The position numbers and the translations under genes are program-made. This document shows positions 9,011-19,878 of a stretch of DNA of 64,000 nucleotides, piece after piece. Position 1 is the first letter of the stretch. Each line of letters opens with the position of its first letter. The DNA is from Schizochytrium sp. TIO01 (taxonomy: Eukaryota > Protista > Bigyra: Labyrinthulomycetes): assembly GCA_004764695.1 (NCBI GenBank), contig SMSO01000037.1:1092747-1156746 (forward strand). The letters are read 5' to 3'. The notes under the pieces are model-generated. The model had not been told where the DNA came from and did not search any database. It worked only from the letters and a program-made list of their open reading frames with translations.

Positions 9011-10414
9011 TCATTCAACGAGTAAAATACACAGATCCATCACATTGGTACCCGTAGGGCCAACTTTGATATGCGCTTCAGAGTCCTGGAAAAAACCGTA
9101 CGAGTTATGGGATGCAAGATGTTTCTTGGCTCGGGCGAGTTCTTCACGGGATCTACATACCTCGCCATCTACAACAGCTCCAGCAGCGTCACAAGGGCCA
9201 TCTTGACCGTCTGTTCCAGCAGCCAACAGAGTAATTCCATGTTCTTGACTCAAGCTAATAGCAGCAGCCAGCGCCAGTTCTTGATTGCGCCCACCCAATC
9301 CTGAGGCAGCCTCCCTCGAAAGAGTCACCGTTGTTTCTCCTCCAACAAGAATGCAGGCTGGGAGTTTGCCAAATGTACCTTGATCCCGGGCATCACGAGC
9401 AATACCCACAAGAAAGCTAGCAGCATGGCGAGCTTCGCCCTGCATTTGCGATGTGAGAATTTTAGCATTGTACCCCATCTTTGTTGCCTCTGTTTTGGCT
9501 GCAAGCAAAGATTCACGGTTACTTGCCACAATGAGGTTCGTTGTTTTCTCCAAGCTAGTGGATCCTGGTTTACAAGTCTCCAAAACGTCCAAGCTAGCTT
9601 TGTCCTGATCCAGAAACGTCCACACCGCTGGAGGAATTGCCGAAGCAATGCCGTAAGAGGGGTCCTTTAGAATCTCCTTGCAGTCCTCAAAGCTCGTAGG
9701 ATCTGGAGATGTTGAACCTCCAGCAATAACCTCAAGCGGGTCACCCACTACGTCGGAGAGAATGAATGAAACAACAGTTGCCGGATACAGACTCGCCGCG
9801 AATCGACCACCTTGGAAAAGGGTGAGATGTCTGCGCACAGTGTTCATGTCCTCAATCGGAGCACCGCTTCCCAGTAAAAGCTCCACAGTCTTTTGGATAT
9901 CCTCAAGCGAAAGGCCTTCTGCTGGTAGGCACGTGAGTGCTGATCCTCCACCACTAATGAAGTTGAGAACAAGCGTTCGCTCATCTGCTTCTTCGGCCAG
10001 CTGAAGAAGCTCTGATGTGGCTTTGACTCCCTCAGCATCTGGTAAAGGGTGACCAGCCTCTGCGACCCGGATGCTAGCCTTTGCCAGCTCCTCGCGCTCT
10101 TTAGAACTCACATGCCCATGTTTAGTCACGATCAAACCGCCCTTGACAGCCCCAGATACCTTTGGTTCGCTTTTCTGAAGTTGCTCAAGTGCAGCAGAGC
10201 ACATTTGCACAGCGGCCTTCCCTTGCCCAGTGAGAATCACCTTATTGAAAACGGCTCCATTACGTACGCTGCTGTCGCCCTCCGCAATATTAACGCGGGC
10301 CAGAAGAGCACGGCATGCGCTTTGCTCCAGAAGAGCCCTCTGTACTGCGCCACGTGGCTCTGCACCACGGATTGCAGCTGCTAGGATTTCGCGAGCTTTG
10401 GACCGCGCAGCCAT
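9011..10414 (-). CDS. GLYCTK: Glycerate kinase type-2 (DUF4147 + MOFRL)
   Basis: Motifs GKAAxxM, EAGHPLPD, ISGGGSAL, LSDVVGDPLEVIAGG, GGETTV, GGRNQE, GTDGQDG, GPTGTNVMD. The first ATG is at 10414; the ORF track extends to 10471 with a non-ATG start. Confidence 0.95.
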   Translation of the reverse strand: MAARSKAREILAAAIRGAEPRGAVQRALLEQSACRALLARVNIAEGDSSVRNGAVFNKVILTGQGKAAVQMCSAALEQLQKSEPKVSGAVKGGLIVTKHGHVSSKEREELAKASIRVAEAGHPLPDAEGVKATSELLQLAEEADERTLVLNFISGGGSALTCLPAEGLSLEDIQKTVELLLGSGAPIEDMNTVRRHLTLFQGGRFAASLYPATVVSFILSDVVGDPLEVIAGGSTSPDPTSFEDCKEILKDPSYGIASAIPPAVWTFLDQDKASLDVLETCKPGSTSLEKTTNLIVASNRESLLAAKTEATKMGYNAKILTSQMQGEARHAASFLVGIARDARDQGTFGKLPACILVGGETTVTLSREAASGLGGRNQELALAAAISLSQEHGITLLAAGTDGQDGPCDAAGAVVDGEVCRSREELARAKKHLASHNSYGFFQDSEAHIKVGPTGTNVMDLCILLVE

Positions 10415-11073
10415 CCTTATGTTCTGCTGCAAAGAGTTAGCCAAAGTTTGAATTGTACTGTATTGCACCAAGAATGCAGAAGCTTGAGCAAAATGTTGCT
10501 CAACTTGAGAAAGCTCAAACTCGCCCTAGCCTAAATATAATTCTGGTTTCTAGAATCAGGCACGCACTGGTGTTTCTCCACACCAATAATTACAACTGGT
10601 ATCCCTATAATTGACCGGGACCCATTCGGATCTGGATTTGCTGCCTCCACCTCAACTCTCAGCTCACGTTCCGCTCTCCCGCCTTAGTATCTTCGCCGAA
10701 TTCTATTTTTCTCAAAGGCGTTTCTCTTCACCAACTTCCGACCTTCCTCGTTGCGAGATGGATGTGATCTTCTGGCATCCCTCGTTTCGTTTTTGCAGGT
10801 CTTCCACGCCCTAGTACGATGTCTCTTGCTGCTGTTGTCTCACTTGTTCTCTCTGCTTCAATGTCCATCGTTCAGATTGGTCAGATTCATCGTCTATAAT
10901 TCACTTTGTAGCTGCCTTTTACTATGAACTATAACTATAATCTATTGAAATGGCCTCCAGTCGCGCATTCTTTAATAGTAGACGAATCACGTTAGATAGA
11001 TAGTTGGAGTTTTCAATTAATGCTTTGTTTGTTCTTTCGAAGCGGTTTAGCCAAAGCAGTATCATCGTCAAAA

Positions 11074-12624
11074 ATGGCGGCTCTTGTGACCTCGTCGGCT
11101 GGTGCCACGCCCGGCGAGGACTCAGCACATGATGGAGACCTGTTTGACTATGCTGCTTCTCTCTCAGACGACCGCGTCGCGGAGCTCTTCGCGTGCAGAT
11201 GGAGCTGCGTGGGCATTTTGAGGCACCTCTCGCCGGTGGCAAAACAGCTTTGTCTGCGGCTTCTGTGCGTAAGGAAACCAGTGCCAAAAGTTTGGCTTAA
11301 CCAATCTGCCGTCGCAGGACCTCAAGCAAAAACTGCACTCAAAGATGCTCTGGAACAGCTGAAAAAGCTCAGGGTGCTCGTTGACGCTGAAGGCGAAGCT
11401 GGACGCGTGCAATTGCACAAGACTTTTGCCTCACAATTGCGGAACTCTGTCACTGCATCTAAGATCTCGGAACTGCCATGGCAAGATGGCATCAAAGTTG
11501 AAGAAAGCATTGGCGTAGATCTCACAGCGTTGCAGGAAACTGCTCTCAGAAAGTGGACAGCTATTCTTCATTTTGTAGTGGGATCAACAGAGTTTGGCAG
11601 CCCTGGATCTAGAGTTGTCAAGCTGCTGGTAAGCATGGGTCTCATGCGATATGGCTCGGGCCCAAACGATGCAGGAGGGCCGAAAATTACTCGCCAGGGA
11701 TATGAATTTATGCTCAAGGATATTCACGAGCAGATTTGGATTTTCATGAAGCATTACACCAGAAAAGTAAGCTCCCCCCAGAGCGTTTTGCAGATGCTGT
11801 TCAGAATGAGCTACTGCACACCGGGAACGCCGTGTACCTCAAGAGCGCTCGATGCAACACAGAAAGAGCTCCTCACGGACTTTAACCTCTTTGGTCTTGT
11901 GCAAATCGATAGTAGGCACCCGGACAGGTTTTTCCCTACATCACTTGGTGTCAATGTCGTCTTTGGACAATCTCGCGAGGAACGAATGGCAGCTGCAGCA
12001 AAGGCCGTTGACTTTCCATCATCCCAGGGTAGTATGCCTGGCGTGGCTGATGGATCTAAAAAGGTCAAAGCTGAACCTGGTGTTGCAGGCGGTACCGCCA
12101 AGACTCAGGACGAAATGACGGCCAACGATGTCTTTATAATTTGCGAGACCAACTTCAAGGTCTATGCGTACACTCAGTCATCGCTACACATTGAGATGTT
12201 GCGTCTTTTTGTTAAGATTGAGTGTATTCTTCCGAACCTTATTGTAGCCATCATCACACGTAGTTCCATCCGTTCAGCCTTTAAGCTTGGCATTACGGGA
12301 AGCCAAATTATTCACTTTCTTACAGAGAATGCTCACCCGCTCTGTAAAAAGCGTCACCGTCTTGTTCCGGACAACATTACAGATCAAATTATCCTTTGGG
12401 AGGGTGAGCGAAACCGTGTTGTCGCGCAACGGGGTATGTGTTATCACGACTTTATGCCCGAGGAGGCGTCTGTGTACCATGCAGCTGTGGGTCTTGCGAG
12501 AGACAATAAGTGGCTTCTGTTTCAGGCATCGGAGCCAAAGATGTCGCTTGTCATTATTGAGTCTAAACACGAAGAAATGCGCGCTTTCATTAAACAAACC
12601 CGTGAGCGCCTTCGCAGTGGGTAG
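11074..12624 (+). CDS. TFB2: TFIIH subunit p52/Tfb2
   Basis: KITRQGYEFML...QIW, IICETNFKVYAYT, ITRSSIRSAFKLGITGSQIIHFL, PDNITDQIILWEGERNRV. The start is ATG 11074 or the upstream ATG 11020. Confidence 0.95.
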   Translation: MAALVTSSAGATPGEDSAHDGDLFDYAASLSDDRVAELFACRWSCVGILRHLSPVAKQLCLRLLCVRKPVPKVWLNQSAVAGPQAKTALKDALEQLKKLRVLVDAEGEAGRVQLHKTFASQLRNSVTASKISELPWQDGIKVEESIGVDLTALQETALRKWTAILHFVVGSTEFGSPGSRVVKLLVSMGLMRYGSGPNDAGGPKITRQGYEFMLKDIHEQIWIFMKHYTRKVSSPQSVLQMLFRMSYCTPGTPCTSRALDATQKELLTDFNLFGLVQIDSRHPDRFFPTSLGVNVVFGQSREERMAAAAKAVDFPSSQGSMPGVADGSKKVKAEPGVAGGTAKTQDEMTANDVFIICETNFKVYAYTQSSLHIEMLRLFVKIECILPNLIVAIITRSSIRSAFKLGITGSQIIHFLTENAHPLCKKRHRLVPDNITDQIILWEGERNRVVAQRGMCYHDFMPEEASVYHAAVGLARDNKWLLFQASEPKMSLVIIESKHEEMRAFIKQTRERLRSG

Positions 12625-13340
12625 ATATCCTGTAGATCAAATTTCTTTCTTGCCCTTGATCTATTAGAAAATTATACTATATACTAATTAATCAAAGTAT
12701 TTCTAAGTTTTCATAGATCTGAATTCCAATGTCAAAAGTCCCATTTAACACTAGAGTCAGAATTGCACTCTGCTTGTCTAGCAGATTCAATCAAATGTTT
12801 TCCCTGTCCGCAACACTAAACCATCAACTAGGAATCACTAGTCATGAGGCTCTTTCACACAATGTTGCCTACACTGCAGCAATTGCATGTGCTTTTGGAC
12901 AGTTCTCTCCCCTCAACCAATTTCCTCTTTTATCAAAAGCTAACCTTCGTACTTAATTCCTCCTAATTCCACAATCACTTCTTTCTCGTGCAAGTTGACC
13001 GTGAAAGACATTGCAACAACACCTCAATTTTCCAAACAAATTATGGTTAAACCTAATGAAAAGATTGCTTACGCTCGCTCAGCCAATCTGATTTTCTAAC
13101 ATCTTAGGTCGTCAAGAAGGACCTGTCTTTTCATGATTCTATAAGTCATCTAAGGACTACTATAGGTACTGCAAGGCCGCAAAAGTTGGAATCATCTTCA
13201 CCAATTCCGCGACCAAAACTCTAGTATATAGGGAGCTGCGGAGGCACAGGCTCTCAACTGAGCCACGAAGCACGTGTTTTCTCCATACGTGCGTGTGTAA
13301 CTTCATTCGCAGCGTTCGTTGTCGCGGGTTGTGACAAGAA

Positions 13341-14489
13341 ATGAGTGAGTTTGCCTCGGACGCAATGGCTGGCGCCAAGGCCTCCGCTGGAGCTGAAGAA
13401 GATCTTTCCAAGGTCCCTGCTCAAGGGGATGAGGCAGACGAAAGTGACGAAGACGTCAGCGAGCATGATGATGTTGAGGACGACGATAGCTCAAGTGAGT
13501 CTTCTGCGGCCCCTGAAATCGGCCTGGACCAAAATGGGCGAATTGTACCTGGCGTTGGCGGTCCTATCAATTACGACTTCAGATCGATGCACAACTGCGT
13601 GAACGTGAGCGAGATTTTGCTCGAGGACTGCAAAACTGTCTTTTCTGCTCGCCAAGCTGAAGATGAGGACGCATACAGCAGTGGTGAGACCTTCTTTGTG
13701 CGCGCGTGCGAAGAACCCAAATCTGCTCTTGAGCAAATGGCAATGGATGTCTTCAAGTTTCATGCTCATGGACTGACCTTCGACCCTGAAAAGTCTGGCG
13801 CGGAGTGGTGGACCCTCGTGCTTGATGAGGAGAGCGACGTGACCTTTCATTGGGACAAGGACTACGGTCTCGAAGACTATGGCGTCAATGTCTTCCCTCA
13901 CATCAGTACCGTGACGTATCTTGCCAACGCAGGCGGTGCGACGCTTGTCTTGCAAAAACTCGCCCCACCGCACTACTCCGCTCCCATCGTTGGACCTTGC
14001 GGCGAGACGGCTTTCTGTAGTAAGCCTTGTGCTGGAAAGCACATCTCTTTTGACGGCAGACTTCTGCACGCAGCTTCTTCGGATCTTCTTTCAATCTTCT
14101 CAGGCAAATCGGACGCGATGGAATCTTCTAGCCAAGGTACTCGTGTGACCTTTCTAGTGAACCTTTGGTTCAACCACATTCCTCGCGATGCAGAGCCTCT
14201 TCCTGAGAAGGTACGTGCTGATCTTAAGATGCCATTTACTGCGAATGATAAGACATGCAGCCCCTGGACGAAGACTGTCGAAGCAGCTCAAGCCACAGCT
14301 GAAGCTCGCCCTGTACTCGTCGATGTCTCTAAGGATGGACCTAAGGAGGAGCTTACATATGACTTTGGAGACCAGGACAACCGCCATAAGGTTAAGCTAA
14401 TTATTCCTAAGACCACAAAGCCCACTCCCACGGACTCGATCTTCTTGCGATTTGGCCCCAGTGTTGTGCCGCAGCTCATTAAACAATAA
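13341..14489 (+). CDS. Uncharacterised protein, 2OG-Fe(II) oxygenase-like fold
   Basis: 382-aa ORF with acidic N-terminus. EWW...FHWDKD (HxD), STVTYL, FDGRLLH (distal His) and RVTFLVNLW (2OG-binding Arg strand). Confidence 0.65.
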   Translation: MSEFASDAMAGAKASAGAEEDLSKVPAQGDEADESDEDVSEHDDVEDDDSSSESSAAPEIGLDQNGRIVPGVGGPINYDFRSMHNCVNVSEILLEDCKTVFSARQAEDEDAYSSGETFFVRACEEPKSALEQMAMDVFKFHAHGLTFDPEKSGAEWWTLVLDEESDVTFHWDKDYGLEDYGVNVFPHISTVTYLANAGGATLVLQKLAPPHYSAPIVGPCGETAFCSKPCAGKHISFDGRLLHAASSDLLSIFSGKSDAMESSSQGTRVTFLVNLWFNHIPRDAEPLPEKVRADLKMPFTANDKTCSPWTKTVEAAQATAEARPVLVDVSKDGPKEELTYDFGDQDNRHKVKLIIPKTTKPTPTDSIFLRFGPSVVPQLIKQ

Positions 14490-15539
14490 ATGCGTAATCT
14501 ATGCTTTTCCTTTGCAAAATTCTTTCTGTTTTTTACTCGAGCCGTCGAATATTTACACCATGGATTCACTCTTCAGTACCTTCATGTAATAGGCGGATCA
14601 TTTTTTTTTCCCTTAAAGTTAGTGTCAGCAAGTGTTTAATTCATCAAGGCATAAGTTGAACACGAAGGCATTCGACGCCTAACCGATGAACATATAAAGT
14701 GGCCTTGCGGTGCCTTTTTGGAATCGAGGACAGTGAAAGCATTTAAGATTTCAAATGACCCAACATCTACGTGAGAAATTACAAGATTATACAAGTTGGT
14801 CTGTGCAGATAAATATTCATTCGCATAGACTGCCAAGGATGGCGGTGGTTGTGGCCATAATCGGAATAATGATAATAACGATGGTGGTGGTGATGACCCC
14901 TAAGTAGTAAATAACAAAGTACAAATACAGATAATAATAACTTAGGTCTACTACAACCTGAGACGAAGTCGAGGTCCATAAGAATGAGCCGATCGCAACG
15001 CACTTGGATTATTCATTCATTTACAGGAAGCTTTCGTTGCTATCTCTGTTTCATAGTGCTAATGAAACCTGATCCAAAATGTATCCCCTCGAGTGGAGAG
15101 CAATATTTCATAATCCTGGCCAACTCAAAACTGGAAGTTCCAGGCAGAGTTGTCTCCATGACTTCAATAAGAGCAAACGGATTTAAAGAAAGCCAACAAA
15201 AAGCAACTTCTTAGATCCATAGACAAAACATAGTCACGGCAGCCATGGCAGCAGCAGTAACACAAGAAAGAAAGAGAGGCCCACATTCGGCAGTACACAC
15301 ACCAATGCTGTGAGCACTCGAGTCTCCACAATAAGGGCCTGCGAGGTCATCTCATGGTCGAGCAGAGATAAATCCACGTCATTCTGAAGAATTGGCATGC
15401 AGCTCAGTAATCCCTGTGAAGTTAAGCTTCGACTAGAGGTTGTTATAGAAATTAAACCAAATCTTCATTCTTGATGTTTTTCAAATAAGCAAATGTTAGA
15501 TTTGCAAGAGTCGGCAGCTGAAGCGTTTCAAAAGCAGAT

Positions 15540-15983
15540 TCAGATAGAGAATGTTTGAAGAAAAGAGCGCTTCTTACTGAGCACTCTGTCGAGCTCTTCG
15601 AGCTTGCGCTTCTGCATGTCACGGCTGAGCTCGCCGCCTGGAATGGACTCAAGGAGTGCCTCAGCTTGCGCCAACTTGGACCTGAGGTCATTCATCTTCA
15701 TGCTGACGGTGCTTGAGTCAATGCCGACATCATCACGAGCGCTCGCCGCCACAACCTCCGTGAGCATGTCTCCAATTGTAGGCAGCATGTTGAAGGCCTC
15801 GTTGATCTCATCTGCTTCCAGAGGCGCTCCAGCGACCCGCTCGCGAGGTCTGCCGCCGGACGTACCACCGTCTTCCACGCCATCCGCGCTAGAGTTCTCC
15901 TGAAGAGCCACCATAGCGCTGGGAGTGAGGCCTGCCGTGAAACTCGGCGTAAACGAAGGTGTCATTCCCGGAGTTAAGCTCAT
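15540..15983 (-). CDS. MED9: Mediator subunit 9-like protein
   Basis: FNMLPTIGDML...LRSKLAQAEALLESIPGGELSRDMQKRKLEELDRVLSKKRSFLQTF matches the Med9 pattern (LPG..S...Q...L..L.....K...L); ATG at 15983. Confidence 0.7.
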   Translation of the reverse strand: MSLTPGMTPSFTPSFTAGLTPSAMVALQENSSADGVEDGGTSGGRPRERVAGAPLEADEINEAFNMLPTIGDMLTEVVAASARDDVGIDSSTVSMKMNDLRSKLAQAEALLESIPGGELSRDMQKRKLEELDRVLSKKRSFLQTFSI

Positions 15984-16548
15984 GAGAAAGATGACGAAGA
16001 CCAACACAAACGGAGTTGAAGCTGGAGATTGGGAGGGAGAAACCGAGGAGACCCACGAACGAGGCGGACGAGGGTTGAAATTGGGAAGAAACGCCGGATG
16101 CGATTCGCAAGGAAGATAACAAAGAAGACGTTTGTCTCGACGGATTGGGTTTGAAAGCTGGTGAATTCAAAATGAAGATGTTTGTTCTATGTGTTCTTTT
16201 TTGTTCTTTTGGTTGAGGCATTTCAATACAAGTTGATTTCTTCATGGTGGGAGAAGAAGGGCTGCGGCAAAGCACTTAGAATGGGAATGCGAGGACCTTG
16301 TGCACTTGAAGAGGATGAGTACCATGTTCACTTTGTTTCAATGAATCCTCTCCTTTTATTCTAGATAAGGTGATGTAGCAAATGTGCGGTTTGCCTAGGA
16401 GAAAATGGCCAGGCTTAGAGAGAATGATAAAACAATTACAGAGATGTGAACGATGAGACATTATATTAGGCCGCTGATTCCTTATGATTATGTTGAGGTT
16501 TCAATCAAGATTTCCGAAGGCAAATTCTATTCGCTCTAGAAGCAGTCG

Positions 16549-18960
16549 TTAAGGTCTATAGAGGCTCCGTTTAGAGCCAGGAAGAGCAGGTAGTGATTTG
16601 CGATTGGGCTGAGAGGTCAAGGCAGAAACCTGGGCTCGTGTCTGGGCTGCAACATAGTTTTTGGGGAGACTTGACATCATGTTTTTACCATATTGGCTTT
16701 CAAGGAAGCTGGCGAGGGTTGGGACTTGAGTTCCCTGACGGTATTTTTTCTCTAATAGTGCGACGCGTCGAAGCTGTCTTTGAGAAAGCACTTCATCTTT
16801 CACACGTCGTTCTTTGTCGTCTAAGGCACCCAAGGTGTGTCGCTTCTCCAAGCCAAACCTTGAGGCAATATTGCGCACTTCAGCATCATCCCCAGCCTTA
16901 TCTAACGAAGATTGTGTGCGATGCAGTCTTGGCGCAGGTGCCTTAAGCACCTCGTGCAACCGCTCCGGCTCTTTTAACTCTGTCTGGGACGCTGGCACAG
17001 GGTCAGGGCGACCTTTATCAAGAGTTTCAAGTAAGATCTTTGAGCTGGTAGATCGCAACATTGATGGGTATCCAGTTCCACTTAACACAGTAGATGGAGC
17101 GCCATTACCAAACTCTACGCGTAACTTGTGAGAGATAAAACGAGCCACCTGAGCTTGCAAATAAGGACAGCCAAGGCCAAGTTGAGGTCTTGCGGAAATG
17201 TGATTGAATTTGGATGACATCTCAGCAGAGTCGAATAGAAAATTGCAGCAAATACCTCCTGCCTGTGTGTTATATGCGCTAACAAAACCTGTGAATTCGA
17301 AGCGTTCCACCCACAACTTGTTTGATCCCGTGGCAAGTTCATCCACACGTGTACAAAACCCCACCCAGTCTGCTTCACCCACAGCATGCGTAAACTCTTG
17401 CCGTTTTGCAAGAGGTAAGCGCTCCTCGCAAGGAGACGTTACTAGTAGTCTGTCCTCTCCGTCTAATATCTCACGTCGTAATGCGTGACGGAGTTCAATG
17501 ACTGCATTGTCTTCTACACTCAATTTTTGAGTTGATACAATCAGGTGGAACAACCTTCTTGGATCACGAGCATCAAACAGTAAAACGCCAACTAGGTCTT
17601 GACCTTCAGGACAAAAGGCCAAATTCGTACTACCAGTTAATGCATTCATCCGTGCTCTTTCATCAGCAAACTTGCGTCTTGAGTGCCGTGCCCACCATGA
17701 TGCTGGTGGAGGATAAAAGCGCCGACTTTGTAACGTTTCAAGTGACTTGCGATGTTGCTCGCTGCGAACTGCTTTTGCAGCAGCTGCCGCCGCAGCTTTC
17801 GCTCGTTTTTTCTTGGCCAAACCATGGTGAGAGTGTGGCCGAAGTCCTTGAGCTGCTTCTTCTAATGCGCGACGAATTTGGTCGTGTGCCAAACCTGTGC
17901 TTGTGCGTTGTAGTGCCCTATTAGCATAGAGACGAGCTCCAACAGGAGCATCCTTATCTGTTGGCTCAGCAAATTGGTCTTTATTAGTATCGTACAAGAT
18001 CTCAAACTCTTCCCAAGTCAGGTCTCTACCCTCACGTCGCGCTCGAGCTCGTGCGCGCTCATACGCAGCAGCTTTAGCTCGTGCCAATGAAAGCGTTTTT
18101 TCATGTAAACTTGAAAATGGTTTCAGTTTGGCCATGTTCGCTCGAATAGATGCATCACTACGGTATACTCGATGACCCGAAGGATCTAGTTCGGAAAGGG
18201 CTTGAAAGGTACCTTGTAGGAAACGAATGTAAGCTGACGCCGAAATGCTATCTGTCCACCGATCAGCAAGCTCGAACATGGAATCACCAAAAACTGACTT
18301 TGTGACTTTTCTTTTTCCTTTCTTTGTATCTCGTTCCCAGTCCTGCTCGTAAAAAATCTGACTTTGACGAATACTTGCTGTAGGGACAAGCACGAGTGCT
18401 AACTTGCTGTGGAACTCATGATATTCCTCTTTCTCCAAAACACCATTTTTGTTGGTATCGATTATCTTCCAGAGATCATCTAGAGTCTTGATAATTAAGG
18501 GGTCGAATTTTAAAGATTCGCGCTGTAAAAGTGCTTGGTCAGAGTGTAGTTGTGGATGAAGTTTTGCGCCCTCACCAGTGGGGTCATATTTGGCACGCAG
18601 ATCGTCCAGCAAGCGAACTGCTGGTGCTCTGAAGAATTCCGAGCATTGAGACGAAGAGCTTAGGAGTTGCTGCGGCAAGGTGTCCTCATGTTTAAAGTTC
18701 CCTTTTGAGTCTTGTCGCTCAAGCATTGCCTGGCGTGCCTTCATTGCCTCCAAGAACTCAGGACCAGTTTCTTGCCTAGAGTCTGGAAATGCCGCATCAA
18801 GAGACTTTGCCTTGGCCAGTGCAGATGCACTAGGCTCGTACTTAGGCGTCACGTTTACAACATGTGATTTACTTCTTATAGAACCTGCATGGTCTCCGCT
18901 CACTGATAATGCAGCTTGAGCTTCATGCGGTTGTGTTGATGTTGCTGACACTGACGCCAT
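16549..18960 (-). CDS. EF-hand-containing hypothetical protein, 803 aa
   Basis: Long ORF with canonical EF loop DTNKNGVLEKEE followed by DWERD...FGDSMFELADRWT. Confidence 0.8.
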   Translation of the reverse strand: MASVSATSTQPHEAQAALSVSGDHAGSIRSKSHVVNVTPKYEPSASALAKAKSLDAAFPDSRQETGPEFLEAMKARQAMLERQDSKGNFKHEDTLPQQLLSSSSQCSEFFRAPAVRLLDDLRAKYDPTGEGAKLHPQLHSDQALLQRESLKFDPLIIKTLDDLWKIIDTNKNGVLEKEEYHEFHSKLALVLVPTASIRQSQIFYEQDWERDTKKGKRKVTKSVFGDSMFELADRWTDSISASAYIRFLQGTFQALSELDPSGHRVYRSDASIRANMAKLKPFSSLHEKTLSLARAKAAAYERARARARREGRDLTWEEFEILYDTNKDQFAEPTDKDAPVGARLYANRALQRTSTGLAHDQIRRALEEAAQGLRPHSHHGLAKKKRAKAAAAAAAKAVRSEQHRKSLETLQSRRFYPPPASWWARHSRRKFADERARMNALTGSTNLAFCPEGQDLVGVLLFDARDPRRLFHLIVSTQKLSVEDNAVIELRHALRREILDGEDRLLVTSPCEERLPLAKRQEFTHAVGEADWVGFCTRVDELATGSNKLWVERFEFTGFVSAYNTQAGGICCNFLFDSAEMSSKFNHISARPQLGLGCPYLQAQVARFISHKLRVEFGNGAPSTVLSGTGYPSMLRSTSSKILLETLDKGRPDPVPASQTELKEPERLHEVLKAPAPRLHRTQSSLDKAGDDAEVRNIASRFGLEKRHTLGALDDKERRVKDEVLSQRQLRRVALLEKKYRQGTQVPTLASFLESQYGKNMMSSLPKNYVAAQTRAQVSALTSQPNRKSLPALPGSKRSLYRP

Positions 18961-19878
18961 ATTGAGCAGCAGGTGCTGCTATCAGAGGGAATTCAATCCT
19001 CTGTCACGTTACGTGAGGTTTAATACTCGCAACTCTATTCATGCATTCACCAATCTTGCGCTGCCAACTCGCAGAGGCGTCTGTATCAACGCAATACAAA
19101 ATGCTCGCTGTTCCCTCGAAATTCCACGTCCTAATCCACGCTGCGCCTTGACCTGTCGTGTTCTAATTGAATTCAGTTCTCATGATCCAAAATAATTCTT
19201 TCTCTATCTTTTTACCCTGTTTGCGCAGAGTTCGCAACAAAACACACACGTGCTCGCTGGCAACTGGTAACCCGTGACTCTTACTGATTATAATATATAA
19301 CTGCTATTGAACGCCTTCTAGTGACGAACGGATCTCTGAGGTAAAGTGTGGGAAGCGACGGGCAAGCATTTGGTCACAGGTGAAAATTAAGGATCAGCGT
19401 GATAGAAACACATATGAAATTGAAGGGAAATATTTGTACAAATGTAGTGCTGCAAATGTAGTGCTGCATTTTTTGTCCAGATAATTATCTGTTGTAGTTT
19501 TGATATAGATATATATTTGGGAAGAATCCACTGGTCCACCCAAGTTTATGATGAGCAGCTCCCCTATGACTAACTCAGCATACACATGAGTGTACATGCA
19601 GTTTTTTTTTTTTATTTTTTCAATTTCTCAATCAAGTAATAAAGCCACTCGATATTGTATAAGAGCAGAACTTGTGCAAACGAATCAAAATAATGGAACA
19701 AACGTATGTTATTTTGCATTTTAACATTATCATTCAAAATTTAACACTCAACAAATGAGTACTAGTGTTACATTGGAAAAAGAGAGAAAGGGCAGAAAAA
19801 AACTCTTGAGATTACAATAACAGTTTTTGTAAAGTAACAATAACGTAACTGGTGAAGAACCAGCACCAACCCTTGAAT

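Noticed and set aside
10905-10935. GCCTTTTACT resembling U5 snRNA loop 1
   Set aside because: The loop is not closed by a proper stem Ic and there is no downstream Sm site; a chance match in the GLYCTK/TFB2 intergenic region
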